64,000 nt of DNA from Selaginella moellendorffii (Eukaryota > Plantae > Lycopodiophyta), in contig NW_003314298.1 of the NCBI RefSeq assembly GCF_000143415.4, positions 1,641,931 to 1,705,930 on the forward strand, written 5' to 3'. The position numbers were made by a program, and so were the translations under genes. The notes beneath the pieces are model-generated. The model ran no database searches and was not told the origin of the DNA. It saw only the letters and a list, made by a program, of their open reading frames with translations. Positions 24,723-40,790 of this stretch are shown piece after piece (position 1 is the first letter of the stretch; the number at the start of each line of letters is the position of its first letter).

Positions 24723-26921
24723 CTACCGCGCCGAGATGGATTCATGGCGCCGTTCCCAGAAGTACATCATCGTGAGCACGGCTGCGTCGCGGGTGGATTG
24801 CGCCGTGAATTTGATCACGCACGAGCTGCCGTCGCTCCTCCGGAGATCGCACAGCATCGGCCCCGCGGGCGAGAGCTGGAGCGGGGCCGGGTGCTCGCGC
24901 CCCTGTGGGGAGTCCGAGAAGGAGTAGCGGACGTTCTTGGGATTTCCCTGCCCCCACCACAGGAGATAGTCCTGGCGATTGATGAAGAGCTTCCCCGTCG
25001 ACTCCCACCACCGCGGGCGCAGCTGGACCACCTTGAAGCTCGCCTGGCCGCCGGCGTAGCTCCTTTCGATCGTCTCCTGGAGCTCGCCGCCAAGCCCAAC
25101 CCTGCTGCTCGACTTCCTGGCCACGATCCCGGGACGCATCGTGGAGCTGAGCGGCAGGCACTGGAGCACCAGCTTCTTCCGGTACTCCGCGGCTGTGATC
25201 GTGCGGGTGAGCTCCGGGATGGAAGAAGACGAGGCCGCGGTGATCACTGGAACCAGCACCGGTGGCTGATGAGCTATTCCACTCTCGCCCTCGCAGATCC
25301 ACTGGCAGAGGACGAACGCGGCACCGTTCACTGCCCGCAACCGGACGCCAAGGTTGCTGCCAACCACCGGCGCTCCTCGCAGCCGCAGCTCCTCCACACC
25401 GGGAAGAACCACGCTGGATCGATCGTCGTGGTGGACGACGCTGACGCTGACGCTGTTGCTGCTGCTAGAGCTCGTCGTGTTGTTGTTGCTCGCGGTGGTG
25501 CTGCTCTCCGTGAGGTTCCACGCCAAGAGCTTCCTCTTGATACTGGCGAGCTCGCGCTCGATCTCCGAGAAGGCGGGGCGGGACTCGGCGTCGCCGCTCC
25601 AGCAGCGCGTAATGAGATCCCGGAGCTCGCCGGGGCACGACGCCGGGAGCTCGGGCCTCTTCCCGGAGTCGACCATCTCCCTGACTTCGTTGATCCCGAG
25701 CCATCGCTTGTCTCCAAACGGCGGTGATCCAGTGAGAACCTCGGAGCACAGCACGCCAAAGCTGTACACGTCCACCTTGCGCGAGTAGCCGCCCAGCGTC
25801 GCGGCCGCGGACGCCATCATCTCGGGCGCCATGTACCGCGGCGTGCCGCGGAGGCTGGTCAAGTCGTTGACCATGCTGTCAAAGCCGGTCCTCGCGATGC
25901 CGAAGTCAGTCAACAGAACGTTGACCATCCGCCGGTCGTTGCCGTCAAAGTCCACCAGGACGTTCTGCGGCTTAAGATCGCGGTGGACGACGCCGTGGTC
26001 GTGGAGGAATTGCGTACCGCGGGCGATCTGGAGGAGCAAGTCGATGGCGAGGTGGGAGGGCGCGCCGCCGCCACCGCCAGCGTCGAGGAAGCGCCGCAGA
26101 TCCATGCGCATGAGCTCCATCACGATCACCGGATCGCCATCGCCAGCGCCCAGGTAGCCGATCACCTGGAGGACGTGGGGGTGTGGCGCGACGAGCGCCG
26201 CCACCTCCCTCTCAAACGTGACGTCGTCGCGCTTGAAGACCTTGACGGCCACCGCCTGTCCCAGCCAGTCCGCGCGGTACACCGTCCCGGACGCGCCCTG
26301 CCCGAGCTTGTCCGCCGGCTCCCACGTCACGTCCGCCCGGCGGAGCATCGGCGGCGCCGCCGTATCGCCGCCGCCCTGCCTCAGCCGCTCCAGCGCGTGG
26401 GCGCTCACCGGGTCCCCCGCCTCGCGGACCCGATGCTCCAGCGCCGCCACCATCTTCTCGCGCTCACGCGCCTCCGCGCCCAGCAGCTCCTCGCGCACGA
26501 AGGATTGGTGCTCGAGGCACTTGTGGCGCAGGATCTCGCCGCCGCCGCCGCCAATCAAAACCCTAGCGCTCACGGCCTCCACGACCTCCTCCAGATCCTC
26601 GAGCACCGCCAGGAATTCGTCGCCGCTGTGGAGCCGCGCCGCCGCCATCTGGAGCCAGCAGCGAGCGCCGCCACAGTCACCCACCAGCTTGAGCGCGCGC
26701 TTGAAGATCTTCACCATCTCCAGCATTGCCGGGCCGGCGCGCGTCACGAATTCGGCCCTGGATCCGCCAGCCTTCCAGGCCAGCACGTAGCCATCGATCT
26801 GGGAGCAGCGGAGGTGGAGGGCGCGGCACTGGCGGCGCCGGATCTTGGCCGCCACGCTCGCGTGCCACAGCTTCTCTGTGAGCGCCGACAGCTCGAAGCT
26901 GCAAGCGATGGAATCCTCCAT
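24723..26921 (-). CDS. Intronless 732-aa kinase: MLKL-like four-helix bundle + active-type kinase + C-terminal Ig(A9)/PH-like module
   Basis: N-terminal IRRRQCRAL and MLEMVKIFKRALKLVGDC..CWL; GQGASGTVY, VAVK, HRDLKPQN, DFG, GTPRYMAPE; C-terminal LPGVEELRLRG, IERSYAGGQASFKV, TRDAAVLTMMYF. Confidence 0.87.
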   Translation of the reverse strand: MEDSIACSFELSALTEKLWHASVAAKIRRRQCRALHLRCSQIDGYVLAWKAGGSRAEFVTRAGPAMLEMVKIFKRALKLVGDCGGARCWLQMAAARLHSGDEFLAVLEDLEEVVEAVSARVLIGGGGGEILRHKCLEHQSFVREELLGAEAREREKMVAALEHRVREAGDPVSAHALERLRQGGGDTAAPPMLRRADVTWEPADKLGQGASGTVYRADWLGQAVAVKVFKRDDVTFEREVAALVAPHPHVLQVIGYLGAGDGDPVIVMELMRMDLRRFLDAGGGGGAPSHLAIDLLLQIARGTQFLHDHGVVHRDLKPQNVLVDFDGNDRRMVNVLLTDFGIARTGFDSMVNDLTSLRGTPRYMAPEMMASAAATLGGYSRKVDVYSFGVLCSEVLTGSPPFGDKRWLGINEVREMVDSGKRPELPASCPGELRDLITRCWSGDAESRPAFSEIERELASIKRKLLAWNLTESSTTASNNNTTSSSSSNSVSVSVVHHDDRSSVVLPGVEELRLRGAPVVGSNLGVRLRAVNGAAFVLCQWICEGESGIAHQPPVLVPVITAASSSSIPELTRTITAAEYRKKLVLQCLPLSSTMRPGIVARKSSSRVGLGGELQETIERSYAGGQASFKVVQLRPRWWESTGKLFINRQDYLLWWGQGNPKNVRYSFSDSPQGREHPAPLQLSPAGPMLCDLRRSDGSSCVIKFTAQSTRDAAVLTMMYFWERRHESISAR

Positions 26922-27734
26922 TTTCCATGGGGATTGGCCAGCGCCGTCAATGCGATCCGTCTTGCCCCCCTCGCCACGATTCTGGCCGCGCTCATCCACT
27001 CGGTCCCCTAGATTTCCTCCTCCCCTTTCCCCGGATTTTGGTGGCTTACCTCACTTGGCAAGAACAAGAGAATGATAGCGCGTAAAGAGTTTTTGCCCTA
27101 GAAAAGCATTGACCTTGTCATACTTTCCAGCGCTGACCGCGTGCCAAGCTGGGGAAATACTTAGATGGACGGTACAGATTCAACTCGATTTTGTCACCTT
27201 TTTTGTTAGAAGCACAGGAAAAATGGTTTTCAACGTCGCGCATCATACTTGGAATCTCCTTGGACTTTTGGCTTGCAAATTCTGGTGGGGTATTTTCAAT
27301 CTGATTTGCCGTTACATAACAAGAGCCAGTGACGATCGACACGAGATCCAAGTGTCACGGAGTGATTCTTCTGTCTCCTCAAATTCCCCCAGGACTTGTG
27401 AAACCAAACGCAGAGAAAAGGCTCAAAAGGCCCGAGGAGGTGTGCATCTGGCGGAGAAGATCCTTTAAGCGCAGTCAGCTAAATTCAATGCAAGTTAATG
27501 GTCTTTTGACCTAAATAAAAATTTGCTCAATCTTTCCTTTTGGATCTGGAATTCAAATAAGCCTTTAGGTGAAGGAGATCGAAAGCAAAGTTAGCGCAAA
27601 TCAAAGCGCCAGTCAACACTAACACGAAAAGGGCTCCAAAGAAGATCACATCCAGTGTGAGCCGGTCAGCGCGGTCAAGGTCTCGAGAAAGGTGGTGGCG
27701 CTTGTCAACGCGAGACGGCAAGAGGCACCAGCGC

Positions 27735-27960
27735 AGATCCTCGACCTTAGTGACAAGCATCGCCCAGATCAGATGGATCCAACGGTGTACTCGTTAACTT
27801 CTACATATCATAAATCATACTGTAAGAACAAAGCGTGATGACAGCAAAAAACAAAGAGAAAGGTTCCTCGACTCGACTTTAGTGACGAGCCTTATCCCAC
27901 TGCCCAAGATCAGATGGGATCCCCAATGGTCTACTCGTAATTTCTTTCACAGATATCATA
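27735..27960. repeat. Degenerate direct duplication (~85 bp unit) downstream of the XRN stop
   Basis: TCCTCGAC..TTAGTGAC.AGC...AGATCAGATGG..C.AATGGT.TACTCGT..TATCATA occurs at ~27738-27812 and ~27865-27960. Confidence 0.6.
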
Positions 27961-28010
27961 CAAAGCTACACACACTGCGAAATGATGAAAGCAAGAACAA
28001 AGAGAAGACA

Positions 28011-31870
<3,860 letters not shown>

Positions 31871-32659
31871 CTTCTATATCACTGCCTCTGTGTCTCTTTC
31901 CAAAATATACTATGCTAAACAAATACCCGATCACTGCTTTGTTGCCAACACTAAAGAAGAAGAACGACTTTCACGACTACAGTCCTGTGGAGACTTTAAA
32001 AAACGTCCACAAACAAACGAAGGGAGAAGGAAAACCAACAAAAAGGCGAAGAGGAGAGAAAGAAGAAAATGGTAGAAACTTTCTATCTGGATAGACAAGA
32101 CAAAGAAGGGGGATTTTTTTTTCAAGCTCGAGAAAAGAATGTGCGCTGGGCTGCTTCGCCTGGGAAAAATTCTGGCGGACTATCGGAAACAAGGAACTAA
32201 AGAAGGGCTCAAGAAGAAGGAACTGACGAGAAACACGCTGATTTTGGCAGAATAGCTGCCAGTGGAGGCTGAGACGCACTCTCTCCTACACTGTCCTAGA
32301 GATGGAGCAAGAAAAAAGAAAGAAAGAAAGCGCAGCGCTCACTGCCTAATGCTCGATCAATCGACGCTCCTACTGCTGGATGCATACCCCCACTCGACGA
32401 CGATCGATTTCCCCTCAAATCCTACATCGCGTCGCCTCCCATTGCGATCGATCCCACACCCTAACCCCAGGCGCACTGACGCGGCGCCCTAATCCTATAA
32501 ACCACAGGCATCTTTCTCTTTCCCCTTACTCGTTTCCGGTCGCCGGGCGGCGGGTTTCCGCCGACCGGGATTTGGTCGGCAGAAAAGCAAAGGACACACG
32601 TGGCCGGAAAGTAGGCCGACACGCCAAGTCGTTGTGGACCGGAATCGAACCCCGGGCCA

Positions 32660-34316
32660 CTAGAAACTTAGAAAATATGGGTGCCGCAACGCGGCGGCGG
32701 CCGAGAGCCTCTTTCGCCGCTCACACACGAGCCTCGACGCGAGCTCCCATCCTCTCCCAGCCCCGAGCTCCAGGAGCTCGAAGTTTGGCCTCAGTCGCGT
32801 TCGCTTCCTCCATGCTTTTAGATCGAAGTTAACTTCGCTCAGCTCTTTCTTCATCACTTCCACTGCGACTGGAGTTCGCAGATTCGGCGAGGCCATCTGG
32901 AGGAAGATGATCCCGACCGAGTACATGTCGAAGAGATCTGGACTGTTTAGCTGCAAGAAGAAGAAGAACGAAGAACACCGCCATGAAAACGTACAAAGAA
33001 AAAGTTCTTGACTTACTTGCCAGAGGATCGGAGAGAGCAGTGCGGCGATTGGAGCTGGCGGAGGCCGAGGAGTTTCCTCCGGCATCACGAACAGCTCCGG
33101 CGGGCAGTAGTCGGGATCCAGCATGCCTCGCTCGGGCACGTAGTTTTTTCCCACGCGAAGATCGGTGGCAGCACCGAAGTCTATGAACTTGAGCTTCGCC
33201 TTGTTGGTCACCACCAGATTCGCAGGCTTGACGTCGCGGTGGACGATCCCAGTCGCGTGCATTTTCTTGAGCGCTACGAGGATCTCTCGCAGTATTTTCC
33301 TGATCGTCAACGCCTTGCGTTTGAGTGGATCTTTCTCCCTGGAGCGACCGAGCAAAGGCTCTGCTAGATTCTCTGGAAACCTCCTGTCCTTCATGAAGTC
33401 CGCGAGTGTTGAATCTCCCTAGAAAAGATCAACGCTCCTCAGCAAGAGCAACAACAAAAAAGGAGAAAAAAGACACAAAGCTCACCTCGTACTTCCAGAC
33501 GAGCCATTTACCACCCTCGACAAATTGTCCTCGAGTAGAATCGGCCACAAAGCTCCCGAGAAAATCCGCGCACACATCCGGGGCAGCGCGAGCCATGCGA
33601 TAGTTAAACCATTCCTCCATCTCTCCGCTCTCGAGCGCTCCCTCGACGTCCATCTTCACCTGGCAAACTACGAGAAAAGCTTGTAACCAAAGCTCCAAGA
33701 GAAGTGAAACGCTCACCTTCTTGAGTGTGACTTTCTGGAACTTCTTGTATCCCTGGTACTCCTCGAGCCGCCGCGAGCGCTTTCCAATCTCTTGCTCTTG
33801 CTGGAAATCCTTGGGAAGAATCGCTCCAGCGTAAACTGTGCCAAACGATCCCTCTCCCAGCTTCTGACCCACGACGAAATCGCTCCTCTTGAGACCGCGC
33901 CGGCCCAAAGCTCGATCCACCACGGCCTGGACTGGAGCTAGGAAGTACGCATCCACAGCACCAAGAAAAACTCCCGGCTTGGCAGTGAGGTAAATCCATC
34001 CCAGCAGAGATCCCCCCAAAACCCCCACCTGCGAGGTATCGGGGAGCCTGGAAAACGAATCCAAGAGCTCGAGTCCTTGCTGCTTGGCGGAATCATCCTC
34101 CAGAACCACATTCTTGATCGCGTCTGTCAATACCTCCGCGATTCCCACGCTGCAAATCGCCACATTCCTGCGCGACGATCGCCCCAGGCCAAAGGATTTG
34201 CCCAGCGCCTTGAATCCAAACCCTAGGCTCCCATGGCCGGCGCGGCCAAGAAAGACGCTCCTGGAGCCAATGCTCGTGGAGACGAGCGCCGAGGAGCTGA
34301 AATTCCTGTCCGCCAT
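32660..34316 (-). CDS. STN8: Thylakoid Ser/Thr kinase STN8-like, 4 exons
   Basis: Transit peptide; WIYLTAKPGV TM; KLGEGSFGTVYAG; HRDVKPAN; DFGAATDLRVGKNY; LDPDYCPPEL; LNSPDLFDMYS. Confidence 0.9.
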
Positions 34317-34599
34317 CGCTGGGATATTTCACATACCTGGGGGTGTCCTTGCGCGAGAGATTCACAGCTAAGATAAGATGAATACTTGTTTGTGGTGGGC
34401 AGTGAATCTTGTGAGCGTTCTAAATGATTCTCCAATCCAACGGTAACACTTCATTAGGGTTCTTGGAGCCCTAGGATTTGAAAAGGCGCGCGATCGCAGA
34501 TACTTCTGTTTCTACAGGGTGTTACTCAAAGCCAAGAAGAAAAAAGATAAAGCTATCGCATTTCATATGTTTGCTTCTCGCTCTTTTCTTTCTTTTTCT

Positions 34600-35225
34600 G
34601 TTTTGCGGACATGTTTTCAGCTTGAGTTGCTGCAGGAGCTGGTGTATGAGTGGCATGAAATGCGAGGTTCACTCGATGGGAAAACCATCTTCAAACTCCA
34701 CTCTTTTCTGGAGATCTTGATGCTTATATCCAACTCTTGTCTTGATTGCCAAAACAGATTGGGCATATGCGAAGGAAGCAAGTGTTCTTGAGAGGCACCC
34801 AGCTCCAAACTCCGATGGTCACAAGAACCAAATATTCAAGGAGCATAGATCATCCTTTTGCCAGCAAAATGCGATGCGATGCAGGGGGAATTCGAAAAGA
34901 ACAGGGGACCTGTCTCTGTGCCAATGATCATCAATGCCGAAGAATCCTTTCATCGAACTTGAAGATCATGAATGCTATCGGTTTTCAACTCTTTTTCCGG
35001 ACGAAGGGTTCGAAAGTTTCCAAGTTCCATGCGAAAGATTCAGATTTTTGTTCGTTTGCCTCTCTTTCTCTTCTTGAATGTTTTTTATTTCCTTCAACGA
35101 TTTTTTCATCTTGAGTTGCTGCAGGAAGGTCTACGAGTGGCATTAAATGCGAGGTTCGGAAAGCCATCTTCAAACTCATCACTCTTCTCTGATAAAGCCA
35201 GCTGGACATATGCAAAGGAATCAGC
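34600..35225 (+). repeat. Degenerate tandem duplication of an exon-like segment
   Basis: CTTGAGTTGCTGCAGGA..GAGTGGCAT.AAATGCGAGGTTC..CCATCTTCAAACTC..CATATGC.AAGGAA at 34621-34780 and 35110-35220. Confidence 0.65.
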
Positions 35226-36299
35226 TATGTTTCAACTCTTTTTCCAGACGAGAGCATATACTTGTTTTCCATGCAACTTGTACAACGGTATGCTCGAAAG
35301 CTGGTCGGGAATTCTGGGCACTTTCAACTTATTTTTGTTTGGCTTGTGTAGGCGTAAGAGACCAGGAAAACTCGTGTATCATATCTTATGAAGGACCAAA
35401 GCTCTCCTGTCTCTAAACGTTGGGGTTTTGGTGATCTTAGCTCACGAGTCATGAAAGGAGGAGATGAAAATGCTAGACGTTATTTCGAGGATTTTCTACC
35501 AAATAATCGACATCCAGTTCTAATATTTCTTAATTGTGTTTGTGCAACACAAGATCTTTCACGAGTAGCAAAGTTTTAAGCTTATCAACCGGAAGATGAA
35601 CCGGCACCTCATCGTCTCTCCAACCTATGTGTCGACCACCAGCACTACTCTGTCACAGTCCGACTGCTGTAAAATTTGCACATTCTCTATTCTCTCTCTT
35701 GTTTTGCTCTTGGCACTCCACTTAGGAACTATCATAGAACTAATTCAACAATTAAATTCAATTAGATACCTATTTTTAATGATGCATTAGAACTACTTTG
35801 ACCACTGAATTAAATTAGATACCAATGAAAAAAATACATACTACTTAGCAACCATGATAGAACCATAGAATTCAATCAAATTCATAAAGTGCATATTACT
35901 TAGTAACCATTATAAAACCACTTTGACCATAGTATTCAATGCATAATTCTCTAAATTTCCAGTGCCTACCTAAAACTAACTATTGATGTAGACTACTAAA
36001 TACATGGAAATTAGACTGTTGCCACTGAAGACTTAGAATTTAACTAAGTTACACTTGACCAAAATTGGTCACTAATTGCTTTTTCTTGTTGGTGAACTCT
36101 TTCAATAGAGATATTATTGCAATAAATATGGCAATCAATTTGTTATTGGCAGTTAATACCTGCCCTCAGGGGGAGGTAGAATCTACATGGCAGCAAATAT
36201 TGCAAGGTTGGAAAAACACATGTCTTTTCAGGTAAAACTATGAAAAAGACTTATGAAAGGCGATCCACAACAAAGAGCATAGCTCACAGCACACAAAAT

Positions 36300-38720
36300 A
36301 TGATGAAATAGGCTCGCCTGTAAACCCTAAACCTAGCCATATGACCTACTAATGTGGCAAAGAAGCTGAGCTACTAGAAAAGTATGCATATGTGGCAAGA
36401 TGAAAATTCATGCTCATACATGATCATAACTGAGAAAAAAGTATTTACAAAACTTAAGTCTTTCATGGACAGGGCCTTACAAACAAGTGGTTTGCTAACA
36501 AATAAGCAAGTTTTTACTTGGGTAAATGCAAAATCATTGGAAGGCTATAATATGAAGGATTTAACCATATCAATTAGTGTCGACTGATGCACATTGTATC
36601 ACCATCTTAAAAGCATAGGTTATCCAATGAAAAATGTTGTTGAGTTTGAAGGGATTATTCAAGAACTTCTCCCACAACGCAAAAACTTGACAATATAGAG
36701 GATTTTGTATGTGAATAAGAAACTAAAATATAGAATCAAACGTGAGGTGATAAAAGCTGCTTTAGCCCATATTTATTTGAAGCCAATTCCCTGTATGCAT
36801 TTCAATGTAAAGTCACCCATAGAACTCTGGTGGATTGATAGTAAATATCTTACTATTTGATACAACCTTTTTTTTGCAGCTTATTGCAACTAAAGTCTTA
36901 GGGCATCTACTTATATGGAACTATTGATGCTAGTATATGCTTTAAGAGCATATGAAAAATGTCTCATGTGTTCTTTTGTTTGTTTACGTAGGGATATACT
37001 ACATCACAAGTATGCTTGTTTAAAGGGAAAAAAAAGGTTTAACTCTTTATGAATGCTACCACAGGATAATAGTATAGTTGGGTTGGCCAAAACACATGTG
37101 CAGTGACTAAATGGGGGAGTTTAATGAAATAGAAATAAATTTTGACAAATGCATAGGAGGGAAGTCATGTGTTTTTGCATGGTTCCTCAGTTCATAAATA
37201 GGTAAAACTTGCTCCTTTCTATGTATATTTGGTAATGATGATATTGCATTTGTAGAGGATTGACTTTTGAAGGGAAATATGGTGCAGCTTCAAAATGATG
37301 ATATTGACTATGGAGTGTCATAATATAATTGATATCAAGGATGACCAACATGCACATAGCTTGCGTGATGTCTTTTATATTGATTTCTCACAACGGCTTG
37401 AAGAGTATATAAATGCATGAAATTTGCATACAGTGCATACTATCACAAATAAATATACACATGTTTTGGCTAGACTTTTCCAACCCAATGAGTGTAGAGC
37501 AAGGTGATGACCAATTGCATTGTTTAATACCTTTAACTTCTATTTCTTGCAATATAGTCATGCCTTTCATAATAAAAGACATTGTAACATTAACAAACAA
37601 TGAAATCTATCAAAACCTGCCTCTAACACATTTTGATAAGGTATATAAGTTAGGGAAGCTGTGGCACGCCAGCCGGAGATCCATGGTTTGGAGATCTGGA
37701 GCCATGGCTTATGTTACAATGTGGCCGCCTAAATTCATTCATGCATTGAGTTTTTTTTTTTTTTATAGGAGTTATTATGCCTCTGCACTTATTAGAGTAA
37801 TATGGAATGCCTAGAGTTTGATCAAAAAGTCTTGTTATATCACACACTCATAACATCTCACAATACCCTTTTTTGTGTACTTGGAACATATCATTAAGTT
37901 CTTAAGACTACCTGTATAACAAATGAAAGCATGTAATGTGCTATTTGAAGTTGTGGATAGGTTATGATATATGTAGAAAAACATTTTATATTGACATATT
38001 TATAAGTGTCACACACATAATTATTTTCCCCTAAATCTCACAAAACTATTGATGCATAAACTCCACAAAGTTGTTGTCACAAAAATTCCACCAACCTATC
38101 TCTTTCCTAAACCATTTAACACTCACCAAATAGAGGTGATTGTTCAATGGCATACCTTAATTTATGCACAAACTACTCTACATCATGATACTTAATCTTT
38201 ATGGTGGATGAACAAATCACAACCTTGGGAAAATGTGGCTCTATATATGATGGTTGTGGTAGCCTAATGCAAGGGAAGATATCAATAATAATGTGTTGGC
38301 CATTAGCAAGGAACTCTATACTTATCACAAAGTGAAGAAGTATATGCAACTTTATATTGTTCATCGCTATCACCTCCGCTTCAAAAAATGCCCTTACAGT
38401 GGCTGGCATTCTCCAAGTGCAAGCATGTAACCACTCTTGGCCACTAAAACATTTGTCTTGACCACCGAACACCTGTAAGTAAATATTGAAAGATGCAATG
38501 AATTTTGAAAGTGTGAGACTTATAAGTTGTAAAGCAAATGGAAATATGGCATTTATGATGTCCACAAATTGAGTGTCAATGTGTAACATGATGGATATTG
38601 TGCAATGCCAAAAGTTTTTATGTAGAGCACTTAGAACCACCTCTGACTCCACAAAGAGTATGTGATTCACAATATATTTGATTGCATCCTCAAACATCTT
38701 CTAGTAACTAGCACCAGCTT
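36300..38720 (+). mobile_element. Heavily decayed TE-like coding remnant, family unassigned
   Basis: AT-rich. The + frame at 38173-38700 reads as protein-like with scattered in-frame stops, compatible with C>T decay. A possible HTH-like ISVD*CTLYHHLKSIGY lies at ~36570. Confidence 0.3.
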
Positions 38721-39029
38721 ACACCTTCACAAGGATCTCTATGTAGCCTCACAAAGTTTCACTCTCCCTTGTATCATTAATTGAATTATGTTAGACATCC
38801 ACATTATTTTGTGCTATATTTTGCATGGAGTTCAACATGTTTTACATGCATAGAGCATAGTAGCCAAGGTTGTGGCATGATGATATGCATTGCATCCATA
38901 CACTTGTGTAAAACATAAATCCCTAACTCTCAATGTGGGTGCTAAGAAGTCCAATGAATGTAATATATTTGGGAAAAAAAACTTTGACTTGGAAAGTCAA
39001 GCGTAAGAGTGGATGGTAGGCACACAAGA

Positions 39030-40223
39030 TTGGCTCCAAAGCTATGCCCGGCCACAGTGATGCTCAGTTCTTGGTCCCTGTCGCATCAATGAGGCTCCTG
39101 AGCGTGGAAACTATCTGATCACGGGCAGAGGTATTTCCAAACTCCTCGCCTGGATAAGAACGAGTGTAAAGTGTGGGAACATGGTCGGACACCAATACGG
39201 GAAACAAGCTTCCGGCCGCCACTGCTAGTTTCGCTGGATTCAGCCGAGGGAGGGGCAAGAGCGAGTCGATCTCCGACCATTCCCGAGTGAGCTCCATGCC
39301 CCGAAACGCAAGGAGGATGTCTCTTCGTCCCAGCCTCAAGCTTTCTTCGTCATTGGACATGGCTAGGTAGCCAGGCCAGGCAGTGTGGGGCTCCTTGGTG
39401 ATCTGTATCTTTGGTGCTGCCATAGATGTACTTGTGTATCGTGTAGCCAGTGTTGCCCATCCATGGTAAACGAGAGTGTCAACACAGCTCCCAATGATAA
39501 GCTGATGCCGGTGACCGCATTTGCCCTTGGTGGTCCTCAAGTGGCGGCAGAAAGGTTGCAGAGCCTCCGAGTCCTCACCGTGGTTAATTCCTTCGATGTG
39601 GTTACCAAGCTTCCGGGAAGCACTCTGGGCTACGTATCTCACGTTGGAGTGCTGCTGGAAGTTGTCCACACAGGCTTGACTTATCTGAAGCACAAAGCTG
39701 AGCATCAGCACTGCATAACTTGGAGCTCTATTTGCATCTCATAGGCAACAGAGTGCAGCCCTTCAAGTATCACCAGCTTGAACTTCTGAACAAGTGTGCA
39801 GATCTGCTGGCTAACCCAATTGTTCCACCCAAGTGGTGGAATACCCGAAGTATGGACATGGATGTCACCGTAGAAGAGGAAACAGGAAAATTATGTTTCA
39901 AGCTGACCAATGTTTCTGTAAATGATCTGCAAATGATCCAGAGTTCAGTTGAGTTAATAATGGACTTTTATGATCAAGCTGCTTTATATTCTCATTCCAG
40001 TCCAAGAAAGTCTTTTGAATCTGAGTTTGCAGATTACGTCCACTGCCAGCTTCTCCAACTTTGCTGGCGTCTAGATGGCCTGCCAAAACCAGCCAATGGC
40101 AGCTGTCCGATGGGGGTAGCTGTCAAAGGGTTATTTAATCAGCTTAAAGTTCCTGTTTCTTCAAACTCTTGGGATAATTTGATTTTTCATGTATGCAATG
40201 CGAGCCTCCAAACAAAGTGCTAG
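39030..40223. pseudogene. Class-3 lipase / phospholipase A1 pseudogene with internal inversion
   Basis: Minus strand 39440-39030: W.GYLAMS..LGRRDILLAFRG..SARDQI..(frameshift)SITVAGHSFG. Plus strand 39463-40223: PVTAF..GP.V..LRV..VN..DVVTKLP..HNLELYLH..LLNK..VPPKWW. Confidence 0.82.
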
Positions 40224-40790
40224 CAGGTTAATTGTCAAATTGCCTGCATAAATGTATGTACTGGATGTGGCGAAAAAGAGCAAAGCATGAGCTGTGATTA
40301 ACTTAAGTTTAATCAGAGCTAGCGACTCTTAAGTTCTAGGTAACATACTAATCCCTGACTTTTAAACCTTTTTTATAGCCAAATCCAGATATTCATACAC
40401 AACTTCCAGCCAAAGTATCTTATGGCATTATAGAGGATTTTGTAGCTATACAGACGTTGACTTCTAGGATACTATGAGGAAACATATAGTTATAGTTACT
40501 TCTTTTGATCTAGTTAAAAGTGGAACACAACAATTATTTAATTTTGATATTATTCCCTTCTGGCAAAATGTTTTTCTTGTTTTGGAAGTCAGACACACTG
40601 ACTTCCACAGCGTCAGTTGTTCAAGCACATGGTTCACGGGCACAGAAAACAAGGTCATGTAGATAATTCAAGCGTAGAGCTCCAGTAGAACACACACAAG
40701 GCCACCATTCTTGTCAACCGGAGCAGCTTGAAGAGGCCGAGGAGCAAGTGAACAGCTCTGAGCCACCATTGCTCGATTCTCGTCAGTGAC

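Noticed and set aside
24270-27011. Long + strand ORFs (485 aa, 342 aa, 190 aa)
   Set aside because: Antisense shadows of the GC-rich kinase and MYB coding sequence; no motifs.
35720-35945. Loose direct repeats (TACTTAG.AACCAT..AGAACCA..AATTCAAT) as a CRISPR array or TE subterminal repeats
   Set aside because: Irregular and degenerate, in a eukaryotic context; no terminal inverted repeat found.
38173-38697. 174-aa minus-strand ORF
   Set aside because: More likely the antisense shadow of a stop-riddled + strand remnant; no recognisable domain.
40583-40607. Perfect 10-bp hairpin TGGAAGTCAG-ACACA-CTGACTTCCA as a Helitron terminator
   Set aside because: No CTRR at the expected distance on either strand.
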